DNA of 37,472 nucleotides from an uncultured bacterium (GTDB taxonomy: Bacteria > Patescibacteriota > Minisyncoccia > Phycocordibacterales > UBA9973): positions 1 to 37,472 of the forward strand of contig CAITGV010000003.1 in the NCBI GenBank assembly GCA_903892035.1. Reading direction: 5' to 3'. The position numbers and the translations under genes are program-made. Under the pieces are notes generated by a model. That model did no database searches and was not told the DNA's origin. It was given only the letters and a program-made list of their open reading frames with translations. The number at the start of each line of letters is the position of its first letter. Position 1 is the stretch's first letter. Shown piece by piece: positions 7,939 to 17,157 of the stretch.

Positions 7939-9078
7939 TTATTTAGGCACTACCTTGAGAAAATCTGTTGCGAGTAGTATCGGAGTAGTATTACCTTGAT
8001 AGCCACCGTCTGTGTAAATATTGGAATAACTATATATACCAACAGTATAATCTCCCTCTTTAAGCGGTTTCCAAATTTTATTAAAATATATACCCGACGA
8101 AGATCCTATTGGGCAAAATTCTACTCCACCTCCATGGTCAGTGCCGTCATAATAAATAGATTCCTGTGTTGTCGGTAATGTCAATCTACCTTCCCATATT
8201 CGTACTGATATGCCACCATAGCCGTGAGTATTTGAATAAGTTCCATAAATTGCTGTAGATTCAGATGTTGATACCAGCGAACTTTTATCAATTGTTGCAG
8301 TCGTAGCAACCCCCTCCTTATAAGAAGTATTGGGGAGGTTTGTGCAGTCATTTTTGAATTGTTCAAGTGTATATGAGGACGGCGATTGTGAAATATATTT
8401 TGGGACATTCGTATTGGTATTTTGTGTTGGAACAAAAGAATTTATATCATTCACCGAAGAATTATCAGAATATAGATTATTTTGATTTTGTTGAATATCT
8501 GGTGTTGAATTAGAATTTCTTGACAATGTTACAACAAGAGTAATTATTGAAATAATTAAAAATGCAATTGCCCAATTTACTTTTTGTTGTTCTTTATCAT
8601 TTTCCTTTTTAATAACTGAAAAAATATGTGCAATAATTTTTGATATTACCAGTCCTCCTAATAACTGTCCTAGCAAACGAGGAAAAGAAACCCCGCCAGA
8701 GCTAAAGGAAGAAATAATTTCAATCAATAATCCAATGCTAATTAAAACCCAGAAAAGTTGTGATTTATTTATTGAAAAATTTGTACTGTCGTTGTTTATT
8801 GGCTTATTAGAATTTTGAGAACTTGTTTTATTTTTATTATCCTCATTTTCTTTTTGTTTATTTGATTCCTGGCGTGGTTTATAGTTAAGATCATATTGTG
8901 CCTTGTTTTTATCGTTAGAAAGAATACGGTATGCCTCGTTGATTTCTTTGAATCTCTTCTCCTTGCCTTGATTTTTATCAGGGTGAAATTGGTGCGCGAG
9001 AATATGATACGCTTGCTTTATATCCTCTTTTGAGGCATTTTGCGTAATTCCTAGAATATCGTAATAATCTTTTTGCAT
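7939..9078 (-). CDS. J-domain (DnaJ-type) membrane protein with C-terminal extracytoplasmic domain
   Basis: KDYYDILG...FHPDKN...FKEINEAYRILS, then three hydrophobic segments and a Ser/Thr/Asn-rich region. Start placed at ATG 9078, just after the promoter. Confidence 0.88.
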   Translation of the reverse strand: MQKDYYDILGITQNASKEDIKQAYHILAHQFHPDKNQGKEKRFKEINEAYRILSNDKNKAQYDLNYKPRQESNKQKENEDNKNKTSSQNSNKPINNDSTNFSINKSQLFWVLISIGLLIEIISSFSSGGVSFPRLLGQLLGGLVISKIIAHIFSVIKKENDKEQQKVNWAIAFLIISIITLVVTLSRNSNSTPDIQQNQNNLYSDNSSVNDINSFVPTQNTNTNVPKYISQSPSSYTLEQFKNDCTNLPNTSYKEGVATTATIDKSSLVSTSESTAIYGTYSNTHGYGGISVRIWEGRLTLPTTQESIYYDGTDHGGGVEFCPIGSSSGIYFNKIWKPLKEGDYTVGIYSYSNIYTDGGYQGNTTPILLATDFLKVVPK

Positions 9079-9087
9079 ATAGCCTTT

Positions 9088-9116
9088 ATTATACAAAAAT
9101 AAGCTTAAAAAGCCAA
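9088..9116 (-). promoter_or_regulatory. Sigma70 promoter of the J-domain gene (near-leaderless)
   Basis: TTGGCT, 17-nt spacer, TATAAT, 9 nt before the ATG. Confidence 0.6.
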
Positions 9117-9173
9117 TTTATTTAGATACCATAAAATTATGAAAATTTTATGGTATCAATTTTTTCTTTTCCA

Positions 9174-9471
9174 TAGCCCGCCCCGCCAAAATCCCGCCAA
9201 AAAATCAGGAAGTACGCGAAGCGAATTTTGCGAAATACTTTCCCCCAAACCCCCAGCATTTCGCAAAATTTCGCTCGCGTTTCGCATTTGCATTTCTGCA
9301 TACCACATCCTTTTTAAAAGATTGTGTGGTGTGCAGAGCGTTTCCCCGCACTTCTGCTTCAGCAGAAGCTCTGTGCTTCGCACAGAGGCGCTTCAGCGCG
9401 CGGGGAACGCTTGTGGATATTCTCACGAATTTTTGATAAAGTAAGTTCGAGCGGAATCGTAAAACCACTCC
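9174..9471 (-). repeat. Right long inverted repeat of island 1
   Basis: Reverse-complement match to 6998-7293. Confidence 0.95.
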
Positions 9472-9480
9472 AATAAAAAA

Positions 9481-10167
9481 CTACTTTGTTATTGTATTAG
9501 TCTGCGAAGGAATAGGTTTTGGAAGTAAATCTTTAAGAGCAGGCATTGCCTTCTCGATGTCATCTAGACTTGTAAAACCACTAAATATCTCTTTATTGAT
9601 GATGAGCGCAGGAAGTGTATTTGGTACTTTATAGGTTGAAATTAATGCTTTAATTGCAGAAAGATCTAGATTATAGTCAAAAGAGTAAACTCTAAGTCCA
9701 GGATATTTCTCACGAAGCGCAGTGAGTACATAACCCTGATTTACACAATCAGTACAATCAGTTTTTGTTGAATAGAAATATAGTACGAATACAGATTTAA
9801 AACCACAACGCTGACTAATTTTCTCCATCAAAAGATAATCTTTAATTTCTAGAAGTGAATAATATTTTTTCAAATATGTAACATCAGAATTATTTCCAAG
9901 ATTTTGATCACTATATTCAATTTTTTCTCCAAGGGAATTCAACTGATCAGAAAGGAAAGATTTATCTACATCCTTACAAGACAAATCTTCAAGTAAAGAA
10001 AACTGCGTTTCAGATGAAAGAATATCGAGAGAAATATTGTCCTGAATGCTTTTCAATTGTTGAATTTTTTTACTACCAAAATAGTTGCTTACATAACCAG
10101 CAGTTACAAAAAGCAAAGCTGAAATTATAAAAACAAGAAGATATTTTTTCCAATCAGGAGTTTGCAT
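9481..10167 (-). CDS. Membrane-anchored hypothetical protein with thioredoxin-like C-terminal domain
   Basis: N-terminal TM helix; VLYFYS..DCTDC (CxxC) and a downstream LPALIIN cis-Pro-like strand. Confidence 0.7.
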   Translation of the reverse strand: MQTPDWKKYLLVFIISALLFVTAGYVSNYFGSKKIQQLKSIQDNISLDILSSETQFSLLEDLSCKDVDKSFLSDQLNSLGEKIEYSDQNLGNNSDVTYLKKYYSLLEIKDYLLMEKISQRCGFKSVFVLYFYSTKTDCTDCVNQGYVLTALREKYPGLRVYSFDYNLDLSAIKALISTYKVPNTLPALIINKEIFSGFTSLDDIEKAMPALKDLLPKPIPSQTNTITK

Positions 10168-10170
10168 AAA

Positions 10171-11436
10171 TTACAAAAGGTTTCTTTCCGCTGCCCAATT
10201 CCCTGCACCGCGTGAAAAAATTACATTATATAAAGCTTTTCCGAGCCAAAAGGGTGCAACTGTAAATGATAAAATATAAAAATAAACAATACTCATATTT
10301 GGTCGCATTTTACCTTCAGCCATATTTTGCCCAATTAAAAGTGAAGTAATAAGCGTTACTGCAAGCAAAACTGCCACAATATTTATCAAACTTGTATTTA
10401 TATAAAACAAACTAAAATTTCCCATGTGAAAAAAATTATGAAAACCGATAATTTTAAATTCAGTTATCTTATGAATTGTAAAAGTAATTATCTGATATAC
10501 AAACATTAACGATATATATATTACTGAGATAATTGAAATTATTCCGGCAGGCAAAGCAAAAAAACCAATATTGCCATATTTTTTCTTAAACAATAATTCT
10601 TTATAATCTTGAACGTTTTTCAAAAAACCATATATCCAACGCACACGTTGACGGTAAAGTTTAGCCACTGTGTTTGGAGTCACAGTATAGACATAAGCAT
10701 CTGGACAATGCTCAATTTTATAATGATTTTTTTGCATTCTTAAAGCAATTTCTTGATCTTCTGTATTGTGTGCTTTTCGAAATGGACCAATATTTTCAAA
10801 TACTTCTTTTCTATATATTGAAAAAGGCCCAGGTGTAACATACACTGCGCCAATAAAACTTTGAACTTTTTTCATGAAAATACCAAAATTATAGTCTGCT
10901 CGCTGGGCTTTTTGAATTAAATTTTTTGGTTCATAGGCAATCACAGCAGGACAAACAGCCATCGCACTTGAATCCTTTTGAAAATAAGTCATCATACGAT
11001 TCAGGGCTTCTGGGTGCACAAAAGAGTCAGCATCAAGCCCACCAATAAATTGACCACGAGCTTTTGAAATACCAAAATTCATTGCAGTATGTTTACCTCC
11101 ATTTTCTTTTTTATATACATCAATATTTGGAAAATTTTTAAAACTCTCTAATACCAAAAAAGTATTATCTCTTGAGCCATCGTCGATGAGCATTATTTGC
11201 AATTTGTCTTGCGGATAATGTAAAGCAAGCAATGATTCAACGGTTCTCTTTACTGTTTTTTCTTCATTATAGCAAGGCACAATAATAGAGACCTGAGGAT
11301 AATACGGCAATGTAATATTGTCTTTTCGAATTTCAATATTTTTTCTTTTTTCTAAAAATGTAACGATCAAAAACACCTGTATATATACGGCAAAAAAGGT
11401 TAAAATATAGAAAATTACATCTGGAATATGTGACAT
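10171..11436 (-). CDS. Processive GT2 glycosyltransferase (PgaC/IcaA/cellulose-synthase-like)
   Basis: IVPCYNEE, DDGS, DAD, TED and QRVRW motifs, flanked by TM helices. Confidence 0.92.
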   Translation of the reverse strand: MSHIPDVIFYILTFFAVYIQVFLIVTFLEKRKNIEIRKDNITLPYYPQVSIIVPCYNEEKTVKRTVESLLALHYPQDKLQIMLIDDGSRDNTFLVLESFKNFPNIDVYKKENGGKHTAMNFGISKARGQFIGGLDADSFVHPEALNRMMTYFQKDSSAMAVCPAVIAYEPKNLIQKAQRADYNFGIFMKKVQSFIGAVYVTPGPFSIYRKEVFENIGPFRKAHNTEDQEIALRMQKNHYKIEHCPDAYVYTVTPNTVAKLYRQRVRWIYGFLKNVQDYKELLFKKKYGNIGFFALPAGIISIISVIYISLMFVYQIITFTIHKITEFKIIGFHNFFHMGNFSLFYINTSLINIVAVLLAVTLITSLLIGQNMAEGKMRPNMSIVYFYILSFTVAPFWLGKALYNVIFSRGAGNWAAERNLL

Positions 11437-11475
11437 AAAAACAGCCCTAATTATAGCATTTTAGGGCTGTTTTTA
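11436..11475. terminator. 15-bp inverted repeat, probable terminator overlapping the GT2 promoter
   Basis: taaaaacagccctaa, 10-nt loop, ttagggctgttttta. The loop region carries TGcTATAAT on the minus strand. Confidence 0.6.
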
Positions 11476-11491
11476 CAAATTCCTTGAAATT

Positions 11492-11527
11492 CCCTCTCTC
11501 CTTTACAGGGAGAGAGTTGGAGAAAGG
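11492..11527. repeat. REP-like half element
   Basis: ctctctcc-tttaca-gggagagag-ttggagaaagg, similar to 24322-24357. Confidence 0.6.
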
Positions 11528-11531
11528 TGCA

Positions 11532-11813
11532 TTACATTGCCTTTGGAGCCTCAGGCATGACACCCATACACTTTTTACAGTGGCAACCTCCGAAAGCCTT
11601 CATGGCAGCACATAGACCCACCACAACGTAAACGATAGATTCTACAGTACCTGAAAAACTAAAAATTGTATGTACTAGATTAAATTCTGATCCAAAAAGA
11701 GCACTAACTCCTACTATTCCCCAATTCAAACCTCCGACGATTAGAAGCCATTTTGCAATAATTGCAGTTGTACACTTTGAACCACATTTTCCTCCTTCGC
11801 ATGTTCCTGTCAT
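11532..11813 (-). CDS. DUF378-family small membrane protein with Cys-rich termini
   Basis: LLIVGGLNWGIVG...FNLVHTIF...IVYVVVGL signature. Confidence 0.85.
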   Translation of the reverse strand: MTGTCEGGKCGSKCTTAIIAKWLLIVGGLNWGIVGVSALFGSEFNLVHTIFSFSGTVESIVYVVVGLCAAMKAFGGCHCKKCMGVMPEAPKAM

Positions 11814-11942
11814 ATAATTTTTGCGTGTTTGTTTTAAAAAATAAAACGCCCACGAGTTAATATAATAAATTGACCTGTATGTCTATTATACCAAGTAAAT
11901 AATTTGGGGCAAGTTTGTTGATAAAGTAAACTTTCTGATATA

Positions 11943-12755
11943 ATGCATAAACATTATAAATTAAAGAAAATACATATGGATGATGAACAAATAGTAATAG
12001 TAGAAAATATTTCACCCGTGGTAGAAAACAAAACGAATGGGTTGTCTGTACCTACTGCAATTATTATTGCAGGACTTATGATTGCAATATCAATATTTGC
12101 AACATTTGGACATTTTGGTGGAAATGATGGAGTAAAAACAATAGCTCAAAGAGCTGGTTTAAATATTTCAAAATTTAATACCTGTCTTGCAAGTAATAAA
12201 TATGATGCAAAAATTACTGCAATGCATAAAGAAGGTGAAGCAATCGGCATCGATGGCACTCCGTTTTCTGTAATTATTGCCAAAGATGGAACAAAAGTTC
12301 CAGTTGTTGGCGCGCAAGAGTACAATACATTTAAGGGAATTATCGATGGACTTCCAAAAGTTCCAACACTTGACCCAAGACTTGCAGCATATCATTTAGA
12401 TAAAGTAAGCCCAGTGGATCCAACAGAACACATATTTGGAAATCCAAACGCTGATATAAAAATAGTTGAATATTCTGATACTGAATGTCCATTTTGTAAG
12501 CGTATAGAACCAACACTCAAAAAACTTGTTGCTGATTACGATGGAAAAGTTGCTTGGGTATATCGCCACTTCCCGCTTGATTGTAATGACAGTGTGGACC
12601 CAAGTTGCCAAACTCTTCACGCAAAATCCCGCCACGAAGCAGTAGCGACAGAATGCGCAGGTGAGCAAAAAGGTAATGATGGTTTTTGGAAATATATCGA
12701 CGCACTATACACCGCCACTCCATCAAACGACGGCTTCGACGCGCAAATGCTGTAG
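11943..12755 (+). CDS. DsbA-family thiol-disulfide oxidoreductase, circularly permuted, membrane anchored
   Basis: The EYSDTECPFC active site is at aa 182-185, but the GIDGTP cis-Pro loop is upstream at aa 102-107. The start could be the Met at 11976. Confidence 0.88.
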   Translation: MHKHYKLKKIHMDDEQIVIVENISPVVENKTNGLSVPTAIIIAGLMIAISIFATFGHFGGNDGVKTIAQRAGLNISKFNTCLASNKYDAKITAMHKEGEAIGIDGTPFSVIIAKDGTKVPVVGAQEYNTFKGIIDGLPKVPTLDPRLAAYHLDKVSPVDPTEHIFGNPNADIKIVEYSDTECPFCKRIEPTLKKLVADYDGKVAWVYRHFPLDCNDSVDPSCQTLHAKSRHEAVATECAGEQKGNDGFWKYIDALYTATPSNDGFDAQML

Positions 12756-12780
12756 GCAGATTGTAAAAAAATATAGATTT

Positions 12781-13272
12781 TTACTCTACTAAAATTTTTA
12801 TAACTGGCAAGTTTGATTCTTCAATTTCTTTTTCCAGAAAATTTTGTATCGTTTTTGCATCATCAAATGAAATATCTTTTCTGAGGTTTATTCTTTCTTT
12901 CAGCAATTCGTCGTTAATTAAAAGATATACAACAAGCTCAGTGCCCACCGCAATACTAGTACCAAAAGCAGGTTGACCAGCTTCTACATATGCTCTCTTG
13001 GCGCGTAGCTCAAGTCTTTTTTTGCGATTTTCCGGAGTAAGCGGCGCATTGTAATAAAAAGATTTTTCTTCTTCAGTTAATTCCGGGGCTAAATCAGATA
13101 TCTCTATTCCTTGCGATATATTCTTGAGCAGAGTTGTTTTTCCGGTGCAGGCAGTACCGACAACTGAAATACGTTTATCCTTGTTTTCCTCCAAAACTAA
13201 TCTAAGTTTTTCCAAAGTTTTATTGCGATTTTCAAGTTGATTTCCTGTCTCCGGTTCTTTATTAAAATTCAT
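12781..13272 (-). CDS. Small P-loop NTPase/nucleotide-kinase-like protein
   Basis: ISVVGTACTGKTT Walker A; VVYLLINDELLKERINLR lid-like motif. Confidence 0.7.
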   Translation of the reverse strand: MNFNKEPETGNQLENRNKTLEKLRLVLEENKDKRISVVGTACTGKTTLLKNISQGIEISDLAPELTEEEKSFYYNAPLTPENRKKRLELRAKRAYVEAGQPAFGTSIAVGTELVVYLLINDELLKERINLRKDISFDDAKTIQNFLEKEIEESNLPVIKILVE

Positions 13273-13509
13273 AGATTCTCATAGTATACACAATTGTAAT
13301 ATAAAAAACACATTCCACTATCTTTACGCTATAGCGTAGTGATAGTGAAGTGTCTTTTTATTGATTATTCTAGACCTAGTTGTTTTTATTTTTATATTCG
13401 ACTAGATCTTGCCTAGTCACTTTCCCCCTGTCAACCTGCCAGGTTGACATATTGGTACCAATTTCCGCATATGCGAATTTTAGTACCACTAGTAAGTACT
13501 CCCCCATTA

Positions 13510-14022
13510 CTACTGATTTGCTAGTAAGGGATTCGGGTAATTGAAAAAATCTTCCGCACGCTGACGAACACTCCCAAGAAACATCTCTGGTTTTTCATCC
13601 AACGCTTTTAAAAGTTCTTCTTCAGAAAACCATTTAATAGCTTCTACTTCGTCGTCTTGTTTTACTAGAGGATAGTCGCTTTTTATAAAGGCGACATATG
13701 ATTGAACAAAATAAGCATGACTAGTTGTGCGGCGTGATTTTTGCCACGGAATAAGTTCTGCTCCCTTAAGTCCAATTTCTTCTTCTGCTTCTTTTACCGC
13801 ATTTGAATCATAGGTTTCCCCTTCTTCAACACTACCAGCAGCAGCGGGACCCCACACACCTGGACTGTCTTTTTTAGTGAACGCACGTTGTGCGAGCAAG
13901 ACTTCTCCTTTTTCGTTACCAACCCAAAGACTGGTAATACGAGTTATGCTTCCAGGAATTCTATCTTTTCGGTCTTCATAACCTATTATCTCATCTGACT
14001 CATTTACGATAGGAATTCTCAT
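13510..14022 (-). CDS. NUDIX hydrolase (IPP-isomerase-like subfamily)
   Basis: VLLAQRAFTKKDSPGVW; Nudix box GSVEEGETYDSNAVKEAEEEIG. Confidence 0.88.
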   Translation of the reverse strand: MRIPIVNESDEIIGYEDRKDRIPGSITRITSLWVGNEKGEVLLAQRAFTKKDSPGVWGPAAAGSVEEGETYDSNAVKEAEEEIGLKGAELIPWQKSRRTTSHAYFVQSYVAFIKSDYPLVKQDDEVEAIKWFSEEELLKALDEKPEMFLGSVRQRAEDFFNYPNPLLANQ

Positions 14023-14027
14023 AAATT

Positions 14028-15320
14028 TTAATCAAAATAATTTTTTAGTCTTGTGATTTTGTCATGGGTGCGGAGTTTTTCGTGAACTTTGGCTTCGATT
14101 TGGCGGATACGTTCGCGAGTGACGCCAAATTCTGCACCGACTTCTTCGAGGGTGTGTTGAACAGAGTCTACGAGGCCGTAACGCATTTCAAGGATTTTGC
14201 GTTCTTTTGGAGAAAGCTCATCGAGTACTTCTTTTATTTGATCAGAAAGAATGCGACGAGAAGAATCTTGGTCAGGGCGAAGGATTTTGTCATCGGCGAT
14301 GAATTCACCGCGAGTAGATTTTTCATCATCGTCCCCTATTGGTTGCTCAAGAGAAATTGTATCTTGATTGATATTTTCAATGATATGAATTTTTTCCACT
14401 TCCACGCCCATCTCTGTAGCAATTTCTTCTGCAAGTGGTTCACGACCGAGGTCTTGAGAAAGACGGCGAACTACCTGTTTGTATTTTGAAATAGTTTCAA
14501 CCATGTGCACTGGAATACGAATTGTACGACTCTGGTCGGCTAGAGCACGAGTTATAGATTGGCGAATCCACCATGTAGCATAAGTTGAAAATTTGTAGCC
14601 TTTTGTCCAATCAAATTTTTCAACTGCTTTAAACAAACCGAGATTTCCTTCTTGAATAAGGTCTAGAAGTGTAAGATCACTCGAGCGCCCAACATATTTT
14701 TTTGCAATTGAAACCACGAGACGAAGGTTTGCGCGAGCAAGTAAATTCTTTGCCTCTAAATCCCCTTTTTCAATTCTGCGAGCCAATTCTTTTTCTTCAG
14801 CTGCGTGAATAAGCGGGTATTGTCCAATTTCTTTCAAATAAATTTGAATAGAATCATAAGCAGGTTGGTCTTTACCAGTACGAGTCATATCACTATCTGC
14901 CTTCACAGCGTCTAGGTCAAGCAAGTTTCCACCCTCCAAAACATCTACTCCAGCGATAGAAAATTTCTCATACAATTCATCTAAAAATAAGATATTATTT
15001 TCAATTTCAGGAAAAACTTTAAGAATTTCATCGTAAGTGACAAAACCACGTTTCTTTCCCTTTTCAATAATCATATCTGCCTTTTCTGCCAATGACATTA
15101 ATGGTTCACCTTTTTTACCTTTTGTATTTTTCTTTACTTCTACTTTTGTTTTTTTTGTAATTATTTTTTTAACCGCCTTTTTAACTATTATTTTCTTTTT
15201 CGCAACTTTTACAATCTTTTTAACTTTTTTTGGTGCAACTTTTTTCATAGTCCTTTTTACAACTTTTTTTACTTTCTTAACTATTTTCTTTTTTGTTTTT
15301 TCTTTTTTGTTTTTTTTCAT
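14028..15320 (-). CDS. rpoD: Primary RNA polymerase sigma factor (sigma70/SigA)
   Basis: [35 protein letters not shown] and [19 protein letters not shown] motifs; follows dnaG. Confidence 0.97.
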   Translation of the reverse strand: MKKNKKEKTKKKIVKKVKKVVKRTMKKVAPKKVKKIVKVAKKKIIVKKAVKKIITKKTKVEVKKNTKGKKGEPLMSLAEKADMIIEKGKKRGFVTYDEILKVFPEIENNILFLDELYEKFSIAGVDVLEGGNLLDLDAVKADSDMTRTGKDQPAYDSIQIYLKEIGQYPLIHAAEEKELARRIEKGDLEAKNLLARANLRLVVSIAKKYVGRSSDLTLLDLIQEGNLGLFKAVEKFDWTKGYKFSTYATWWIRQSITRALADQSRTIRIPVHMVETISKYKQVVRRLSQDLGREPLAEEIATEMGVEVEKIHIIENINQDTISLEQPIGDDDEKSTRGEFIADDKILRPDQDSSRRILSDQIKEVLDELSPKERKILEMRYGLVDSVQHTLEEVGAEFGVTRERIRQIEAKVHEKLRTHDKITRLKNYFD

Positions 15321-15355
15321 ATATAAATAATTTAATTAATAATTTTTAATAAAAA

Positions 15356-17122
15356 TCAACCGGACAAAAATCTTTTTGATTTAATTTCCGAAATTCTTTT
15401 TGAAATACCATTACACTCTGCCAAAATTATCATAGCATGATCAGCTTGACCTTCGGCTTCGGCTTTCTTTAAATCCATCATATATTTTTGCAATTTCTCA
15501 TCTAAAATATCTTTTTCCAAATTATCTAAAAGCTCATCTGCATCAAAATTTACATTTTTATGTCCTTCGTAGTATGCTTCCGCTTTGAATACTAAATTTC
15601 CTTTTATTGCATCAGTATAATTTTCCAATAATTCTGCCATATTTTGTTTTGTTATATCTTTATATCTTTTTTCCACAATACTAAAATCAAGCTCTGGGTT
15701 TTCCCTACCCTTTTGCCAAAGATATAATCCGGCAAAAGAATCAACTACCGCCTTACGCATATTTGGAATTTCACTTACTTTAGTATCTATTTGTTTAAAT
15801 ATTACATTTTCACTTTTTTTAATCTTCTCTTCTTCAGTAAGTATTCGTGCATTTATACTTTCCTCTGATAAAAACAATTTTTCTGCTACCATTTTTGCAT
15901 AAAATGCCTGATTTATTTTATTTGGCATTTGTGCAATTTTAGGTATTACAATTTTATCCACATTATTTTTCAATTCTTCTTTATCTTTTGATTTTTCACC
16001 GAAATAATCTAAAAGGAAACCAATAATATTTTTTGCTTCTGATAAGGATTTCAACCATTCTGTTTTATCTTTAAGTATTAGGTCAGCTGGATCAAGACCA
16101 TCAGGAATTTTTACAACTTTCACTTGCATTTCATTGGCAATTGCCAAATCTACTCCCCTGTTTCCAGCTTTAAGTCCTGCAGGGTCAGCATCAAAAGAAA
16201 GTATGAGGTTTTCTGTAAAGCGTTTAATTAAGCCAAGGTGTTCAACTGTGAGTGCAGTGCCAGATACTGCTACAGCATTCTCTGTGCCTGCTTGGTGGGC
16301 CATAATGAGGTCCATTTGACCTTCTACAAGCACACAAAGGTTCTCTGACATAATTGCACGCTTCGCTTTATCGTAACCAAAAAGAATTCGTGATTTATTG
16401 TAAAGCTCAGTTTCAGGACTATTTATGTATTTTGCAATCTCCTTTTCATTTTGAGTATAACCAAATATTCTTCCGGTAAAAGCAACAACTCTCCCTTGAC
16501 TATCAGAAATTGGAAACATTATTCTAGAACGAAAACGATCATAATATTGTTCTTCAATATTATTAGAAGGTTTTGTTTGACTACGACTTTCAATCACAAG
16601 TCCTGCTCTGTCAATGGCTTCGAGAGAATATCCGAGACGTAATAAGTATGATACTGTATTTCTCCAACCATCTGGCGCAAAACCAATTTGCCATTTATTT
16701 ACAGATTCGATAGATAAACCTCTGTGTTTTAAATAATTTAATGCTTCAACATTTTTTGCCAAATTTTCTCTATAAAACTTTACTGTTGCTTCCATCACTC
16801 CATACACAGGAGAGCGTTCACTTTTTTGATTTACATTTCCGCGATCAAGTGTGACTCCTGCACGTTCTGCAAGAATTTTTAATGCATTTGCAAAATCAAT
16901 ACCTTCAATATCTTCGACAAAAGTAAATATATCTCCGCCTTTACTGCAACCAAAACAATGAAAATTTCCTCTCGCAGGCGAGATAAAAAACGATGGTGTT
17001 TTTTCATTATGAAATGGACAGCGGGCGCGATAGTTTGCACCCGCTTTTTCCACTTTCACATACGATGAAATCACATCCACAATATTCAGCCGTTCTTTGA
17101 TCTGTTCTACGGGTGAGTTCAT
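15356..17122 (-). CDS. dnaG: DNA primase
   Basis: CPFHNEKTPSF zinc finger, DRFRSRIMFPI, KYINSPET, and TOPRIM motifs EGQMD and FDAD. Confidence 0.98.
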   Translation of the reverse strand: MNSPVEQIKERLNIVDVISSYVKVEKAGANYRARCPFHNEKTPSFFISPARGNFHCFGCSKGGDIFTFVEDIEGIDFANALKILAERAGVTLDRGNVNQKSERSPVYGVMEATVKFYRENLAKNVEALNYLKHRGLSIESVNKWQIGFAPDGWRNTVSYLLRLGYSLEAIDRAGLVIESRSQTKPSNNIEEQYYDRFRSRIMFPISDSQGRVVAFTGRIFGYTQNEKEIAKYINSPETELYNKSRILFGYDKAKRAIMSENLCVLVEGQMDLIMAHQAGTENAVAVSGTALTVEHLGLIKRFTENLILSFDADPAGLKAGNRGVDLAIANEMQVKVVKIPDGLDPADLILKDKTEWLKSLSEAKNIIGFLLDYFGEKSKDKEELKNNVDKIVIPKIAQMPNKINQAFYAKMVAEKLFLSEESINARILTEEEKIKKSENVIFKQIDTKVSEIPNMRKAVVDSFAGLYLWQKGRENPELDFSIVEKRYKDITKQNMAELLENYTDAIKGNLVFKAEAYYEGHKNVNFDADELLDNLEKDILDEKLQKYMMDLKKAEAEGQADHAMIILAECNGISKRISEIKSKRFLSG

Positions 17123-17157
17123 ATTTTTTATTGTTTACGCAATAGCTTGCGCGGAAA

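Larger units (their letters stand above)
6998..9471. mobile_element. Putative non-autonomous element/island 1 bounded by ~297-bp inverted repeats
   Basis: GC-rich inverted arms enclose two AT-rich accessory genes next to a tRNA att-like duplication. No transposase or integrase lies inside. Confidence 0.7.

Noticed and set aside
6990-9480. Target-site duplication around island 1
   Set aside because: The flanks (caagaaa and aataaaa) are only A-rich, with no convincing direct repeat.
15356-15358. Alternative genetic code (TGA=Gly, code 25)
   Set aside because: dnaG ends at TGA at a normal length, and all core genes are intact under code 11.
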